NCBI GenBank assembly: GCA_035279425.1
Contig: DATEHT010000030.1
Location: 153,917-217,916 of the forward strand
Length of the DNA stretch: 64,000 nucleotides
Origin: Terriglobales bacterium
Lineage (GTDB): Bacteria; Acidobacteriota; Terriglobia; Terriglobales; Acidobacteriaceae
Direction of reading: 5' to 3'
Under the pieces are notes generated by a model that was not told where the DNA came from, did no database searches, and saw only the letters and a program-made list of their open reading frames with translations. The first letter of the stretch is position 1, and every line of letters starts with the position of its first letter. The position numbers and the translations under genes were made by a program. Below are positions 24,744 to 33,666 of the stretch, piece by piece.

Positions 24744-27700
24744 TCAGAAATACAACTTCAGGGCGAACTGAATGTTACGAGGATTTTCCGCCGAATTAAT
24801 TAGACCCATTCCCGCACCCAGGTTGGTGTTCGGGATGTTCAGATTGGTGTGGTTGAAGGCATTGATAAAGTCGCCTTGGAAACGCAGCCGCATTCTTTCA
24901 GTCAGTGCGAAGCTCTTTTGCAAACTCAAATCAATGTCGGCGTAACCCGGACCACGGATTGGACCCTCAGCCGGGCAAGTTCCGAAATTGTTTGCCGGTG
25001 CCGAGTAGGGTGCGGGATCAAACCACTGATACCCGATGAAGTCGCCGGCTGAGGAATAAGACGCCTTCCTTCCAAACACATGCGACGGCCCGTTGCAGTC
25101 GGGACGGAGACCGCGCGATCCCGTAGCATCGCTTCCGCCGAAGTACAGAGCCAGCGGGAATCCGGTGTGCCATGAAAGGAGCGGGTTGACAGACCATCCT
25201 CCTATGACGGCATTGGCAACTCCGGACGCGCCATTTGCGAACTTCTTCCCATGTCCAAACGGAAGTTCGTAAGTCGCGTATGCACTGATCACGTGCTTTG
25301 CATCGAAGTAGCACGGCGCCCAGTCTGCATGCGGATTATAGAGATTCTGGAAGTACGGACTCGAGGGAGCAGCTTGTGTGTCACCCCATGTGCCGTAATA
25401 TCCGCTGTTGTCGGTCATACAACGCGAGAGCGTGTAGGAAATTTGATATTCGAGGCCCTGCGACACACGCTTTTGCAAGACGGCTTGCAACCCGTCATAG
25501 CGCATGCTGCCCACAGATGCCGTTCCGGAAATCTGCGAGATATCACTCTGGAACGCAGGATTTCCAGACAGGAAGGCGCTCGGTGCAGTGCAGGGAGGTT
25601 TGCCGCAGGCGCTGTCTGCCAGCAGTTGCTTTTGCAGGTAGGGCATGGGCACCATCAGGTGTGTTCCGTGCTGTCCCACATATCCAAGTTGGAAAGTTGT
25701 GGTATTTGAGAGCTGCTGCTGGACGGTGCCGTTCCACTGATACGTAATTGCGGGCTGAACATTCGGGTCCCATACGCGGATTAAAGCTCCCGCAAATGGG
25801 TCGGATGCGCTTCCGACGGGGACAAGCCCCTGATCTGTGCTCGTGGCCGGAACCTGCGTCCCGGTGTACTGTTGGAAAAGTTCGGAAGCGCTGAAAGGTG
25901 GATTGATGGGAAGGCGCAGGTTTGTGCCAGTGCCTTCGAGGTAGGAGGAGATACCAAATGCCCCGCGGATAACAGTCTTTCCACTAAGCGCTTGCGGCGA
26001 CCAGGCGAATCCCAGCCGTGGCTGGAGGTCTCGCAGTCCGTATTGGCCGTTATACAAGGCACGGCTGCTCTTCTGGCAAGTGATGGGAGCTGTTCCTACA
26101 TCGACGATTGAACAATTCGGAGCTAACAAGACGCCGGAGAACATACCGAAATTGTCCTGCCTGTCATTTTTCTCCACCCATGGCGTGTGCGCTTCGTAGC
26201 GAAGGCCCATGTTTACGGTCAAGGTGCTGGTGGCGCGCCAATCGTCCTGGAGATAGCCGGCAATGACGCTCGCACGATGACCCCATTCACCACCCGCGAT
26301 GCCTCTGCCGTAGTTCCCGGGAAGGCCCAGGAAGAAATCAGCGCCGGGGAAACCGCCGGTGGCCGAATTGCTTGCTGGATTGCTCGACGTGTATTGACCG
26401 GTGAAGATGATCGCTCCTAGTTCACCGCTATTTCCCGTGTAGAAGGTGTTAATGCGATCTCTCCAGAATTCAAACCCAGTGTGAAATACGTGGTGATTGC
26501 GAGTAATCACGATCGAGTCCGAAGCCTGAATGACGGCATCTTTGAATGACTGAATAACGCCAGGGGTGCCGAGATTGGTAAGAGTACCGTTCCCCGGCGA
26601 GCTTGGAGTTCCGCCGCCGAATCCTAAGAGCAGAAGTCCAGCGGCATTGCCATTGGCATTCGCAATGCCTAGTTGTGAGCCGATACTTCCGGCTGAATTC
26701 GGGAAATCCGTACCGTTGTGCAACTGAATGTGGTTCACGCCGAAGCGCAGATCATTCAGCAATGTTGAACTGAAGGTGTGTGTCCAATCACCGACTACGT
26801 TGTTAATCGGCGCTTCCGAGAACCCTGTTCCAAAGATTTGATCAGAGTTGATCGTGGGATTGCTTTGATGAGCGTGAGAGTAGCGCCCAGAGATATGGTC
26901 CTTATCGGTAGCGTTGAAATCACCTTTCACATCGAACTGATTTGTATTGAACTGTTGGGTTTGAATGTAATAACCGTTGTTGCCGGTCACGTTGCTGCTG
27001 ATCGCCTTCGGATAGAGCGCAGAAGCGAAAAGCGCCTTCGCCACCGGATCGAGCATGCTCACTGGGATCTGATTGTTAGGAAATGCCTGACCGACGGTGG
27101 GGTTGGGAGCACAGGGGGTGCCGGTGCCGCCGCTACCTGCAGCACACGGATTGTAAAGCTGATTGATAACGTTTCCCTTGCTGTCCCTGTCGTTACAAAT
27201 GCCTCCGGTGAAGCCTGTACCGCATAACCCCGAAAAGTCACCAGCTTGCTCAGCCGGGGTGAGGACGTTAAGGCCTAGCGCCGTGGCCGGGTGATCAAAA
27301 CGTTGGCTCTGATAATCAAAGAAGAAGAACAGCTTGTTCTTGATTACCGGTCCTCCGATCGTGCCGCCAAACATGTTCCAACGGACCGTGTTCCTGGGGA
27401 CGCCAAAGCCGCCGCTGGAGTTGGGAGTGAACCCGTTTTGCCAGCTGTTAGCATTCAGCTTGTCGTTCCGGAAAAATTCCCAAAGGTCGCCGTGGAAGCT
27501 GTTCGTGCCCGATTTAATCGTCGTGTTGACGATCCCACCCATGTAGTTGCCGAATTCGGCGGACGCGTTCTGAGTGATTAGGTTGAATTCCTGGATGGCA
27601 TCGGGCGCGGGCGTGTACCCAAGCAGGTTGTCGGAAACCTGGTTATTGTCCATTCCATCGAGGATGAAATTGTTCGCCTGCTCGCGATTTCCGTTGATAT

Positions 27701-28262
27701 ACGGACGGGCGCCATTGGCGGTGTTATCGCCGTTGTTGAAGTTATCGGGGTCAGGCGAAACGGATCCGGGGGAGAGCAAAGTGAGTTCAACATAGTTTCG
27801 CGTGGCCAGCGGTAATTGATCATTGGTCACAGCGTCGATGACAGTGTTCACCTGGGTGGTATCAGTTTGTAGGACCGGAGGCGCGCCGGTGACCTCAACA
27901 CTTTCGGTGACTTGGCCGACTTTCATTTGCACGTTAATACGCGCAGTTTGGTTCAACACGAGAGTGAACGGCGGGTGAACCGCGGTGTCGAATCCGGTGG
28001 CCGATACCTTGACCGAATAATTGCCAACCGGCAGGCGGGTAATATTGTATGCACCTGTATCGTTTGTCTTCGCGCTCCAGACGGTGCCGCGGTCGGCATC
28101 GGTCGCGATTACCGAAGCGCCGTTAATCGGCGCGCCACTCGGGTCGGTGATAGTTCCCACGATTGAGGCCGTGACCTCCTGGCCCCACAGGGTTTGGGTC
28201 GCAGCCAACGTCAGCCAGCAGGAAAAAAGAACGGCCAGTGAGAGCAATTTTCGTGTGCTCAT
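24744..28262 (-). CDS. TonB-dependent receptor with carboxypeptidase-regulatory-like N-domain (acidobacterial type)
   Basis: ATG 28262 is preceded by GGAGG. Signal peptide MSTRKLLSLAVLF... TASIVGTITDPSGAPINGASVIATD...GAYNITRLPVGNYSVKVSATGF is CarboxypepD_reg-like. A plug and a long beta-barrel end in terminal ...ALKLYF. Confidence 0.9.
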   Translation of the reverse strand: MSTRKLLSLAVLFSCWLTLAATQTLWGQEVTASIVGTITDPSGAPINGASVIATDADRGTVWSAKTNDTGAYNITRLPVGNYSVKVSATGFDTAVHPPFTLVLNQTARINVQMKVGQVTESVEVTGAPPVLQTDTTQVNTVIDAVTNDQLPLATRNYVELTLLSPGSVSPDPDNFNNGDNTANGARPYINGNREQANNFILDGMDNNQVSDNLLGYTPAPDAIQEFNLITQNASAEFGNYMGGIVNTTIKSGTNSFHGDLWEFFRNDKLNANSWQNGFTPNSSGGFGVPRNTVRWNMFGGTIGGPVIKNKLFFFFDYQSQRFDHPATALGLNVLTPAEQAGDFSGLCGTGFTGGICNDRDSKGNVINQLYNPCAAGSGGTGTPCAPNPTVGQAFPNNQIPVSMLDPVAKALFASALYPKAISSNVTGNNGYYIQTQQFNTNQFDVKGDFNATDKDHISGRYSHAHQSNPTINSDQIFGTGFSEAPINNVVGDWTHTFSSTLLNDLRFGVNHIQLHNGTDFPNSAGSIGSQLGIANANGNAAGLLLLGFGGGTPSSPGNGTLTNLGTPGVIQSFKDAVIQASDSIVITRNHHVFHTGFEFWRDRINTFYTGNSGELGAIIFTGQYTSSNPASNSATGGFPGADFFLGLPGNYGRGIAGGEWGHRASVIAGYLQDDWRATSTLTVNMGLRYEAHTPWVEKNDRQDNFGMFSGVLLAPNCSIVDVGTAPITCQKSSRALYNGQYGLRDLQPRLGFAWSPQALSGKTVIRGAFGISSYLEGTGTNLRLPINPPFSASELFQQYTGTQVPATSTDQGLVPVGSASDPFAGALIRVWDPNVQPAITYQWNGTVQQQLSNTTTFQLGYVGQHGTHLMVPMPYLQKQLLADSACGKPPCTAPSAFLSGNPAFQSDISQISGTASVGSMRYDGLQAVLQKRVSQGLEYQISYTLSRCMTDNSGYYGTWGDTQAAPSSPYFQNLYNPHADWAPCYFDAKHVISAYATYELPFGHGKKFANGASGVANAVIGGWSVNPLLSWHTGFPLALYFGGSDATGSRGLRPDCNGPSHVFGRKASYSSAGDFIGYQWFDPAPYSAPANNFGTCPAEGPIRGPGYADIDLSLQKSFALTERMRLRFQGDFINAFNHTNLNIPNTNLGAGMGLINSAENPRNIQFALKLYF

Positions 28263-28312
28263 CTTAGAACCTCCGGGAGAGACTTTGTTGCCCACAAAAA
28301 GGTATGCGCAAT

Positions 28313-28322
28313 GCTATATAGC
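28313..28322. promoter_or_regulatory. perfect palindrome GCTATATAGC (candidate GntR/HutC operator), copy 1
   Basis: The 12-mer GCTATATAGCAG (28313-28324) is identical to the one at 28616-28627. It lies about 50 nt upstream of the TonB-receptor start. Confidence 0.35.
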
Positions 28323-28615
28323 AGGTGAATGACCGTGGTCAAGCAAAAAATGCAGATCCTGCCGAAGATTTTTACACAGCTAGCGTCCAGAACTGCTCTA
28401 TATCAGTTTTCTGCGCCGGAGATTCCCACCACTCGGGAAGAAATCCACAGGCGTCCACAGATCGACTTGTACAGCCCGTAGGAACTTACCCTGAGAGAAA
28501 GGCTGGGGCAGCACGACTTGCGCACAATGTAAGCGGAGTTGCTCACCGCTATATACATTTGTGAGTTGCTCCTACATAATCCTGCCGTTCTTCCTTTACT
28601 TTTCCATTCCTTTTC

Positions 28616-28625
28616 GCTATATAGC
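28616..28625. promoter_or_regulatory. perfect palindrome GCTATATAGC, copy 2
   Basis: It lies about 40 nt upstream of the GntR start (28664). Degenerate copies are GCTCTATATCAG (28394-28405) and GCTATATACA (28548-28557). Confidence 0.35.
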
Positions 28626-28663
28626 AGAGAAACCACATTCGAACCGCGGTACGAGGACTCAGA

Positions 28664-29383
28664 ATGGCAAGTAACGGTCACGGCGCGATTCCCGCCTATC
28701 AAAAAATTCAAGCGGCGATTCGTGAACGGATCGAAGCCGGCGAGCTAAGGGCAGGCGATTCAGTGGATTCCGAGCGTGAGCTGGCTCGCGTCCACCATGT
28801 GAGCCTGATGACTGCGCGTCACGCGCTGGCCAGCCTGGAGAAGGAAGGATTGGTCGAACGCCGCCGCGGCGCGGGTACCTTCGTTGCGCCTCCACGCATT
28901 CACTTCAATAAGTTGATGAGCTACACGGAGCAGATGGCGAGTCGCGGCCTGGCGGCTTGCTCGAAGGTGATCGCCGCGAAAATCATTGAACAAGAAGATG
29001 AAATCGCTGCGCGGCTCATGCTTCCTGCCGCGAGCAAGATGGTTAAGATAGAGCGGCTGCGGCATACTGCTGACGAACCGTTTGCGCTTGAAGTGTGTTA
29101 TTTGCCGGCCGAGATGTTCCCCGGTCTGGTACGCAATGTTTTTGGACGATCACTTTTTGCGCGGCTCGAACAACAGTATGGCGTGCAACTGACATACGCG
29201 GACGAAGAAGTTGATGCCACCGCCGCGGATGGACGGGTAGCGCAATTTCTGGAACTACCGCGCGGCGCCCCGGTCATGCGCATACGCCAGGTCATCTATT
29301 CGGCGAATGGCAAGCCGGTCATGTACGTGGTCGGGTTTTACCGCGCGGAGCGGCACTCCTTATTTATCCGGCGATTTCGTTAG
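28664..29383 (+). CDS. GntR family (HutC subfamily) transcriptional regulator with UTRA domain
   Basis: IPAYQKIQAAIRERIEAGELRAGDSVDSERELARVHHVSLMTARHALASLEKEGLVERRRGAGTFVA, then a UTRA-like C-half. SD GAGGA. Confidence 0.9.
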   Translation: MASNGHGAIPAYQKIQAAIRERIEAGELRAGDSVDSERELARVHHVSLMTARHALASLEKEGLVERRRGAGTFVAPPRIHFNKLMSYTEQMASRGLAACSKVIAAKIIEQEDEIAARLMLPAASKMVKIERLRHTADEPFALEVCYLPAEMFPGLVRNVFGRSLFARLEQQYGVQLTYADEEVDATAADGRVAQFLELPRGAPVMRIRQVIYSANGKPVMYVVGFYRAERHSLFIRRFR

Positions 29384-29389
29384 TCGCGC

Positions 29390-30229
29390 TCACTCTGCTT
29401 GCTCCTGTTCCTCTTCGATCGAAAGAGGCCGCACCCGATCGACGATGATCACCACAAGTAGTACGCAACAAGGAAGGTAAAGCGATTTCAAGTGCAGGTC
29501 CGCGGTGGCCCAGGTACCACAACCCGCTCCGGTCAGATAAGCAATCCAGATCGCAACCAGCAGACGGGCCTTTCGGGCACTATTATGCGCTTGGGCGGCG
29601 TGACGCTTTTCATCAGCGCTCTTGCGGGACAGGTCGAACACAGCAAACATCCAAAGCGACAGAACCTGGGCCAACTTGTTTAGCATGCCGGTTACAAATG
29701 TCGTGTGAACCGTCAGCGGACCAATTTTTGTCAAGCTGGCCGTTTGCAGTCCCATGGCGCTGGCGAGCAAAGCCAGCACCAGACAAACTACCGGAGCTGC
29801 ATCTTTCCGCGGATGGTTAAAGTCATGGCGCACTCCGATCGCAATCACGACCAATAACAGCAGGACCTCGATCGCAAATGTAATAGAAGCGATTCGTTTG
29901 AATCTCGCCCGTTGCGCCGCTTCGATGAGCACCCTGCCAGCCAATGACGCTGCAAAGAACGATCCGACAATAATGATTGCTGCTAGAACGGCTCCCCAAT
30001 CCCGTTGTACTATGCGCTCCCCCAATCGTACCGTCGTGCCGGTCACGTGGGCGGTGAATAAGTCATAAACCGTGAGTGCGCCAACAATGTCGACGAAACC
30101 TGCGGTAAATGAAAGTGCCAGGGCGATCAGCGATTTGGTTCTGGTGTGGCGAGGATTTGGAGCTCCAGCGTTCAAGATTTGCAAACTCTTTCTCGATTTA
30201 GGCCAGGGTAAAGGGTGACATACCTTCAC
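29390..30229 (-). CDS. YoaK/DUF1275 family membrane protein
   Basis: LALSFTAGFVDIVGALTVYDLFTAHVTGTTV plus about 6 TM helices. Confidence 0.78.
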   Translation of the reverse strand: MKVCHPLPWPKSRKSLQILNAGAPNPRHTRTKSLIALALSFTAGFVDIVGALTVYDLFTAHVTGTTVRLGERIVQRDWGAVLAAIIIVGSFFAASLAGRVLIEAAQRARFKRIASITFAIEVLLLLVVIAIGVRHDFNHPRKDAAPVVCLVLALLASAMGLQTASLTKIGPLTVHTTFVTGMLNKLAQVLSLWMFAVFDLSRKSADEKRHAAQAHNSARKARLLVAIWIAYLTGAGCGTWATADLHLKSLYLPCCVLLVVIIVDRVRPLSIEEEQEQAE

Positions 30230-30557
30230 CTTGTGTCATCAGCGAGAGATGGCGGGCTCCACAAAACAGATGTCCGCGGTCGAGCATGACCGTTTCGCGG
30301 TGCACAATTCATAAGCCGGTAAAATTCGCCCTCTCAGCACACGGCGGGGTTAAGTCAATACCTAACAAAAAGATACAAGTCATCCGCGGGCTGCTCGATT
30401 TCTACAGCGCGAAACCCTGACTTACTGACAAAAACATTTGGTCGAAGCAGAATCTTTCTTGCACAATCGAGGAAGCGTTTGGGCTAAAGCACGGAGTTGC
30501 CGGCAGTTTCTCGTTCGAAGAAAGGGCTGGAACTTCTTACCTCCTGGAGGTATTGCC

Positions 30558-32717
30558 ATGAAGTTCAGCCCAAAGCTGTGGTTTATTTTTCTTCTTCCCG
30601 CCCTCGTCGCAACCGCTGCACCGAGTAGCGCGCAGATCACACTCAATCAGGTCAGCGCCTCAGATTGGAAGATCAGCAACGGTGTTCTAACGGTTGATTG
30701 GCTGCCTACCAGTGGCCGCGTTTTCAGTATTCATTGGAACGCATTTCCCCAACAGGAACTCATCGATCAAACTAATCGCGATAGCCACGGCCCCAAAGGC
30801 TTTTACATGGACAATGCCGGAAACATCGGTGGCGCGATTACGCCTGGGTATTATCTGGACCCGAATGGAAGCTATATCGATTTTTGGGTCGCCCACCAGG
30901 CGGATGCCATCAGTCCATTCACATGGTCGTGGCACGATGTGATGTTTCTGAATGATCCCGGCATTCACGTTTACTTTGTTCTGGACCACGGACCAGGAGA
31001 TCTGCAGGGAAGCGTTGGACAGATCCAATGCGTATTTCGAGGAGACCTCAGCCAGTTTACGAATACGTATTCTGTGAACAGCGGCTTGAACAACCTGGGA
31101 GCAACCATCGTCCCTATGCCGGATGCGGTGCTGTTCGGAACCACAGACCCAGGACGCAACGTTCAGGATGCGACAGTAGATCTGCATGGCTTGACACTGC
31201 CCGCAGGGTTTCGCCGTGAGTTCTACACGAAATATGACTATTCAAGTTACGAGTACCTGCACAAAGCGGAAGGAGTCTACGGTTCGAATATCGGTGCGTG
31301 GATGGCGCTGCCGAGCAGCGAGTCCTTAACTGGCGGCCCAACCAAACAGGACCTAATCTTTACCGGCAACCTCCTGATCATGGAGGCGTACTCGAATCAC
31401 CTCGACAATCAGATCAATTTTACGGTGCCGCAAGATGCCGTCGCGCACCGGTTATACGGACCGTTCTATTTGCACTTCAATTCGTTGAGCGCGACAAATA
31501 ACTCGCCTGCATCGCTCTACCGCGAGGCCCTCTCATCCACGAACCAGATGAAACCGTCCTATGACAGCGAGACGGTCCTGTTGAACAGCGGTTACGCACC
31601 TTCAACTGCACGCGGTGATGTCGACGTGCTTGTTGCGGGGGCGCAATTTTCCGCGCTAAATCAGGCGTGGGCGGTGTTAAGTGATGCGAACACAAACTTT
31701 CAATACAGTCACGCCGGAAATGAATACTGGGAGAACATTGGCCCTCTGGGAATCGCAGCATTTCATCATGTTGCTCCCGGAACCTACCGTCTGTCGGTCT
31801 ACAGACTTGGCGAGTGGGGTGAACTCCGCGCCGATGGAGTGACTGTCGCCGCGAATCGTCCAGCGTTTGTCTTTGCGAACCTACAGCCGGAAAATTTTGG
31901 CTTTGCACGGCCAATCTGGACCATCGGCGCCGCGGACCGATCTGCGCACGAATTCCTGCATGGTGAGGTCTTCAATCCGATTGATCTCGATCCCAACTAC
32001 CACGACAAGTACACGGCGCTGGTGGGCAAATCTGTTCAAGATGATCGCGAGTACTGGGGAAACTGGAACTACTGGGCGGACTTTGTGGCGACCAATGGCG
32101 GAGTTGTTTACTACGCCACTCCTGTAGCTTCTACTCCGGCCACCAACGACCTGAGCAAATGGAATTACAACCAGTGGCACATCTTCAATCCAGGGCTATT
32201 TGCAGGAGTTTACAATCCCGCCGACGATACAAAGGATGGTTACAAATACATTTGCCCGGCGTATGTCGGGAATTGCGCAACCGCGGCGGTTCCTGATTGG
32301 CAGGTACACTTCGGGACTAGCGCAAGGCAGCAGGCACAAGGACAGTACGTGGTCTTATCGGTCGGATTGGCTGATACGGAATCTGACCTGACAGTCTCGC
32401 TGAACGGCAATCCGCTCACCTGGCATGGAGTGGGATTGAAGAACGCCGACGCAGACGTTCGCAGCGGGCTATCAGGAACATATCAGTGGGTCGTATTTCA
32501 GTGGAATACGAACCAGCTCAATTCTCCGGGATCGGATAACGTGCTGACATTTAATGTTGATAAGACCCAAGGCGTTATGTATGACGCGGTGCGAATGGAG
32601 ATCACAAATAAATCAGCTGCTCACGAGATCACCGGATGGAATGATTACGAATACGTGAACAGCAGCGCGTACGAGCCCGCGAACGATAGCGTCGGGAACA
32701 ATAATCCGCGCTTTTGA
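30558..32717 (+). CDS. rhamnogalacturonan lyase, PL4-like, secreted
   Basis: ATG 30558 (GGAGG 8 nt upstream) gives the signal peptide MKFSPKLWFIFLLPALVATAAPSSAQ. The three-part layout resembles fungal/bacterial PL4: N-domain (...YGPFYLHFNS...), middle Fn3-like (APGTYRLSVYRLGEWG...WTIGAADRSAHEF) and a C-terminal CBM-like domain (LTVSLNGNPL...YDAVRMEI). The ORF-track start 30438 is rejected. Confidence 0.7.
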   Translation: MKFSPKLWFIFLLPALVATAAPSSAQITLNQVSASDWKISNGVLTVDWLPTSGRVFSIHWNAFPQQELIDQTNRDSHGPKGFYMDNAGNIGGAITPGYYLDPNGSYIDFWVAHQADAISPFTWSWHDVMFLNDPGIHVYFVLDHGPGDLQGSVGQIQCVFRGDLSQFTNTYSVNSGLNNLGATIVPMPDAVLFGTTDPGRNVQDATVDLHGLTLPAGFRREFYTKYDYSSYEYLHKAEGVYGSNIGAWMALPSSESLTGGPTKQDLIFTGNLLIMEAYSNHLDNQINFTVPQDAVAHRLYGPFYLHFNSLSATNNSPASLYREALSSTNQMKPSYDSETVLLNSGYAPSTARGDVDVLVAGAQFSALNQAWAVLSDANTNFQYSHAGNEYWENIGPLGIAAFHHVAPGTYRLSVYRLGEWGELRADGVTVAANRPAFVFANLQPENFGFARPIWTIGAADRSAHEFLHGEVFNPIDLDPNYHDKYTALVGKSVQDDREYWGNWNYWADFVATNGGVVYYATPVASTPATNDLSKWNYNQWHIFNPGLFAGVYNPADDTKDGYKYICPAYVGNCATAAVPDWQVHFGTSARQQAQGQYVVLSVGLADTESDLTVSLNGNPLTWHGVGLKNADADVRSGLSGTYQWVVFQWNTNQLNSPGSDNVLTFNVDKTQGVMYDAVRMEITNKSAAHEITGWNDYEYVNSSAYEPANDSVGNNNPRF

Positions 32718-32756
32718 AGTTCGACTGCGGGGCTTTAGTACCGCCTGCGAGCGATT

Positions 32757-32775
32757 GCAGGGCACCTGCTTTTTG
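32757..32775 (+). terminator. short terminator after the lyase gene
   Basis: GCAGG (32757-32761), loop GCA, CCTGC (32765-32769), TTTTT (32770-32774). Confidence 0.45.
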
Positions 32776-32826
32776 CACACAGAGAAGCAGATTCCGACGG
32801 CTGAAAGTCGATCGGAAATGGCAGCT

Positions 32827-33651
32827 TTATTTCCTGCTCGCCTCCAGGCCGGTTCCAGTCTGGTTAAATCCGGGCTGCACGTTGACGACTCCAAATTGCC
32901 GGTCGATCTCCTCTCGATGCGCCGCCATCGCCCAGAGGAACCCAATCGAATGACCGGGGACGGAAACGTTCGGGTGATACCCGCTCGGCATTAAAACCGC
33001 ATCGCCGTCGCGGACAGGCACGACCAGTTCGGGATATTCGGTGTCGTTATAAACCAACTGCAAGCCATAGGCAGGCGCGGGCATGTTGAAGTAGACATAC
33101 ATCTCCTCCAGCATTTCGGCGTGTTCATGAGGAGGCCAACTGGTCCAATTTCCTGGCTCGGAGAAAGTGAAGCCCACAAGCAGCCGTCCAGCCTGCACAT
33201 TCTTGCCCAGACAAATATTTAAATGCCGTTGCTGGCCGGGTTTTCCGGTTGTGAACTTCAGCGATGAATCTTTGGCGAGATCGTCATACTTCACAACCTG
33301 CAGCGGATAAGTCTTCTCGACGTCAGCAGAAAATTCTGCGAAGTCGACTGTGGACTTTGTGCTCACCTCGATTTGGCTGGCGCGCGGAATATAGATTGAG
33401 TCGTACTGTTCGAGATTGAACTGCTGGCCTTTGGTCTTCACGGTCGCGGCTCCAGAGAGACAGATCAGGCCGGTTTCCTGTGCGCCATTGTTAAAGCTGA
33501 CGAATGGCGTGGAGGCATTCAGAATGATGCGGCCATAAGAGAGATGACGATTTGTGCTGTTGGATGGGCTGACATGAACGCGACGTCCAACGTGCTGATT
33601 GGTCCTTCTGAACACCATCTTGTCTGTAACGGAATTTGCTTGCGTACTCAC
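32827..33651 (-). CDS. IolB/KduI-superfamily cupin sugar isomerase (5-deoxy-glucuronate isomerase-like)
   Basis: GTG 33651 has AGGAG 6 nt upstream. GNWTSWPPHEHAEMLEEMYVYF...LQLVYNDTEYPELVVPVRDGDAVLMPSGYHP parallels B. subtilis IolB (GNWSSYPPHKHD...EETYYH...VYTDD...VIVPAGYHP) more closely than E. coli KduI. Confidence 0.8.
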   Translation of the reverse strand: MSTQANSVTDKMVFRRTNQHVGRRVHVSPSNSTNRHLSYGRIILNASTPFVSFNNGAQETGLICLSGAATVKTKGQQFNLEQYDSIYIPRASQIEVSTKSTVDFAEFSADVEKTYPLQVVKYDDLAKDSSLKFTTGKPGQQRHLNICLGKNVQAGRLLVGFTFSEPGNWTSWPPHEHAEMLEEMYVYFNMPAPAYGLQLVYNDTEYPELVVPVRDGDAVLMPSGYHPNVSVPGHSIGFLWAMAAHREEIDRQFGVVNVQPGFNQTGTGLEASRK

Positions 33652-33666
33652 AACGTGCTCCTGTTG

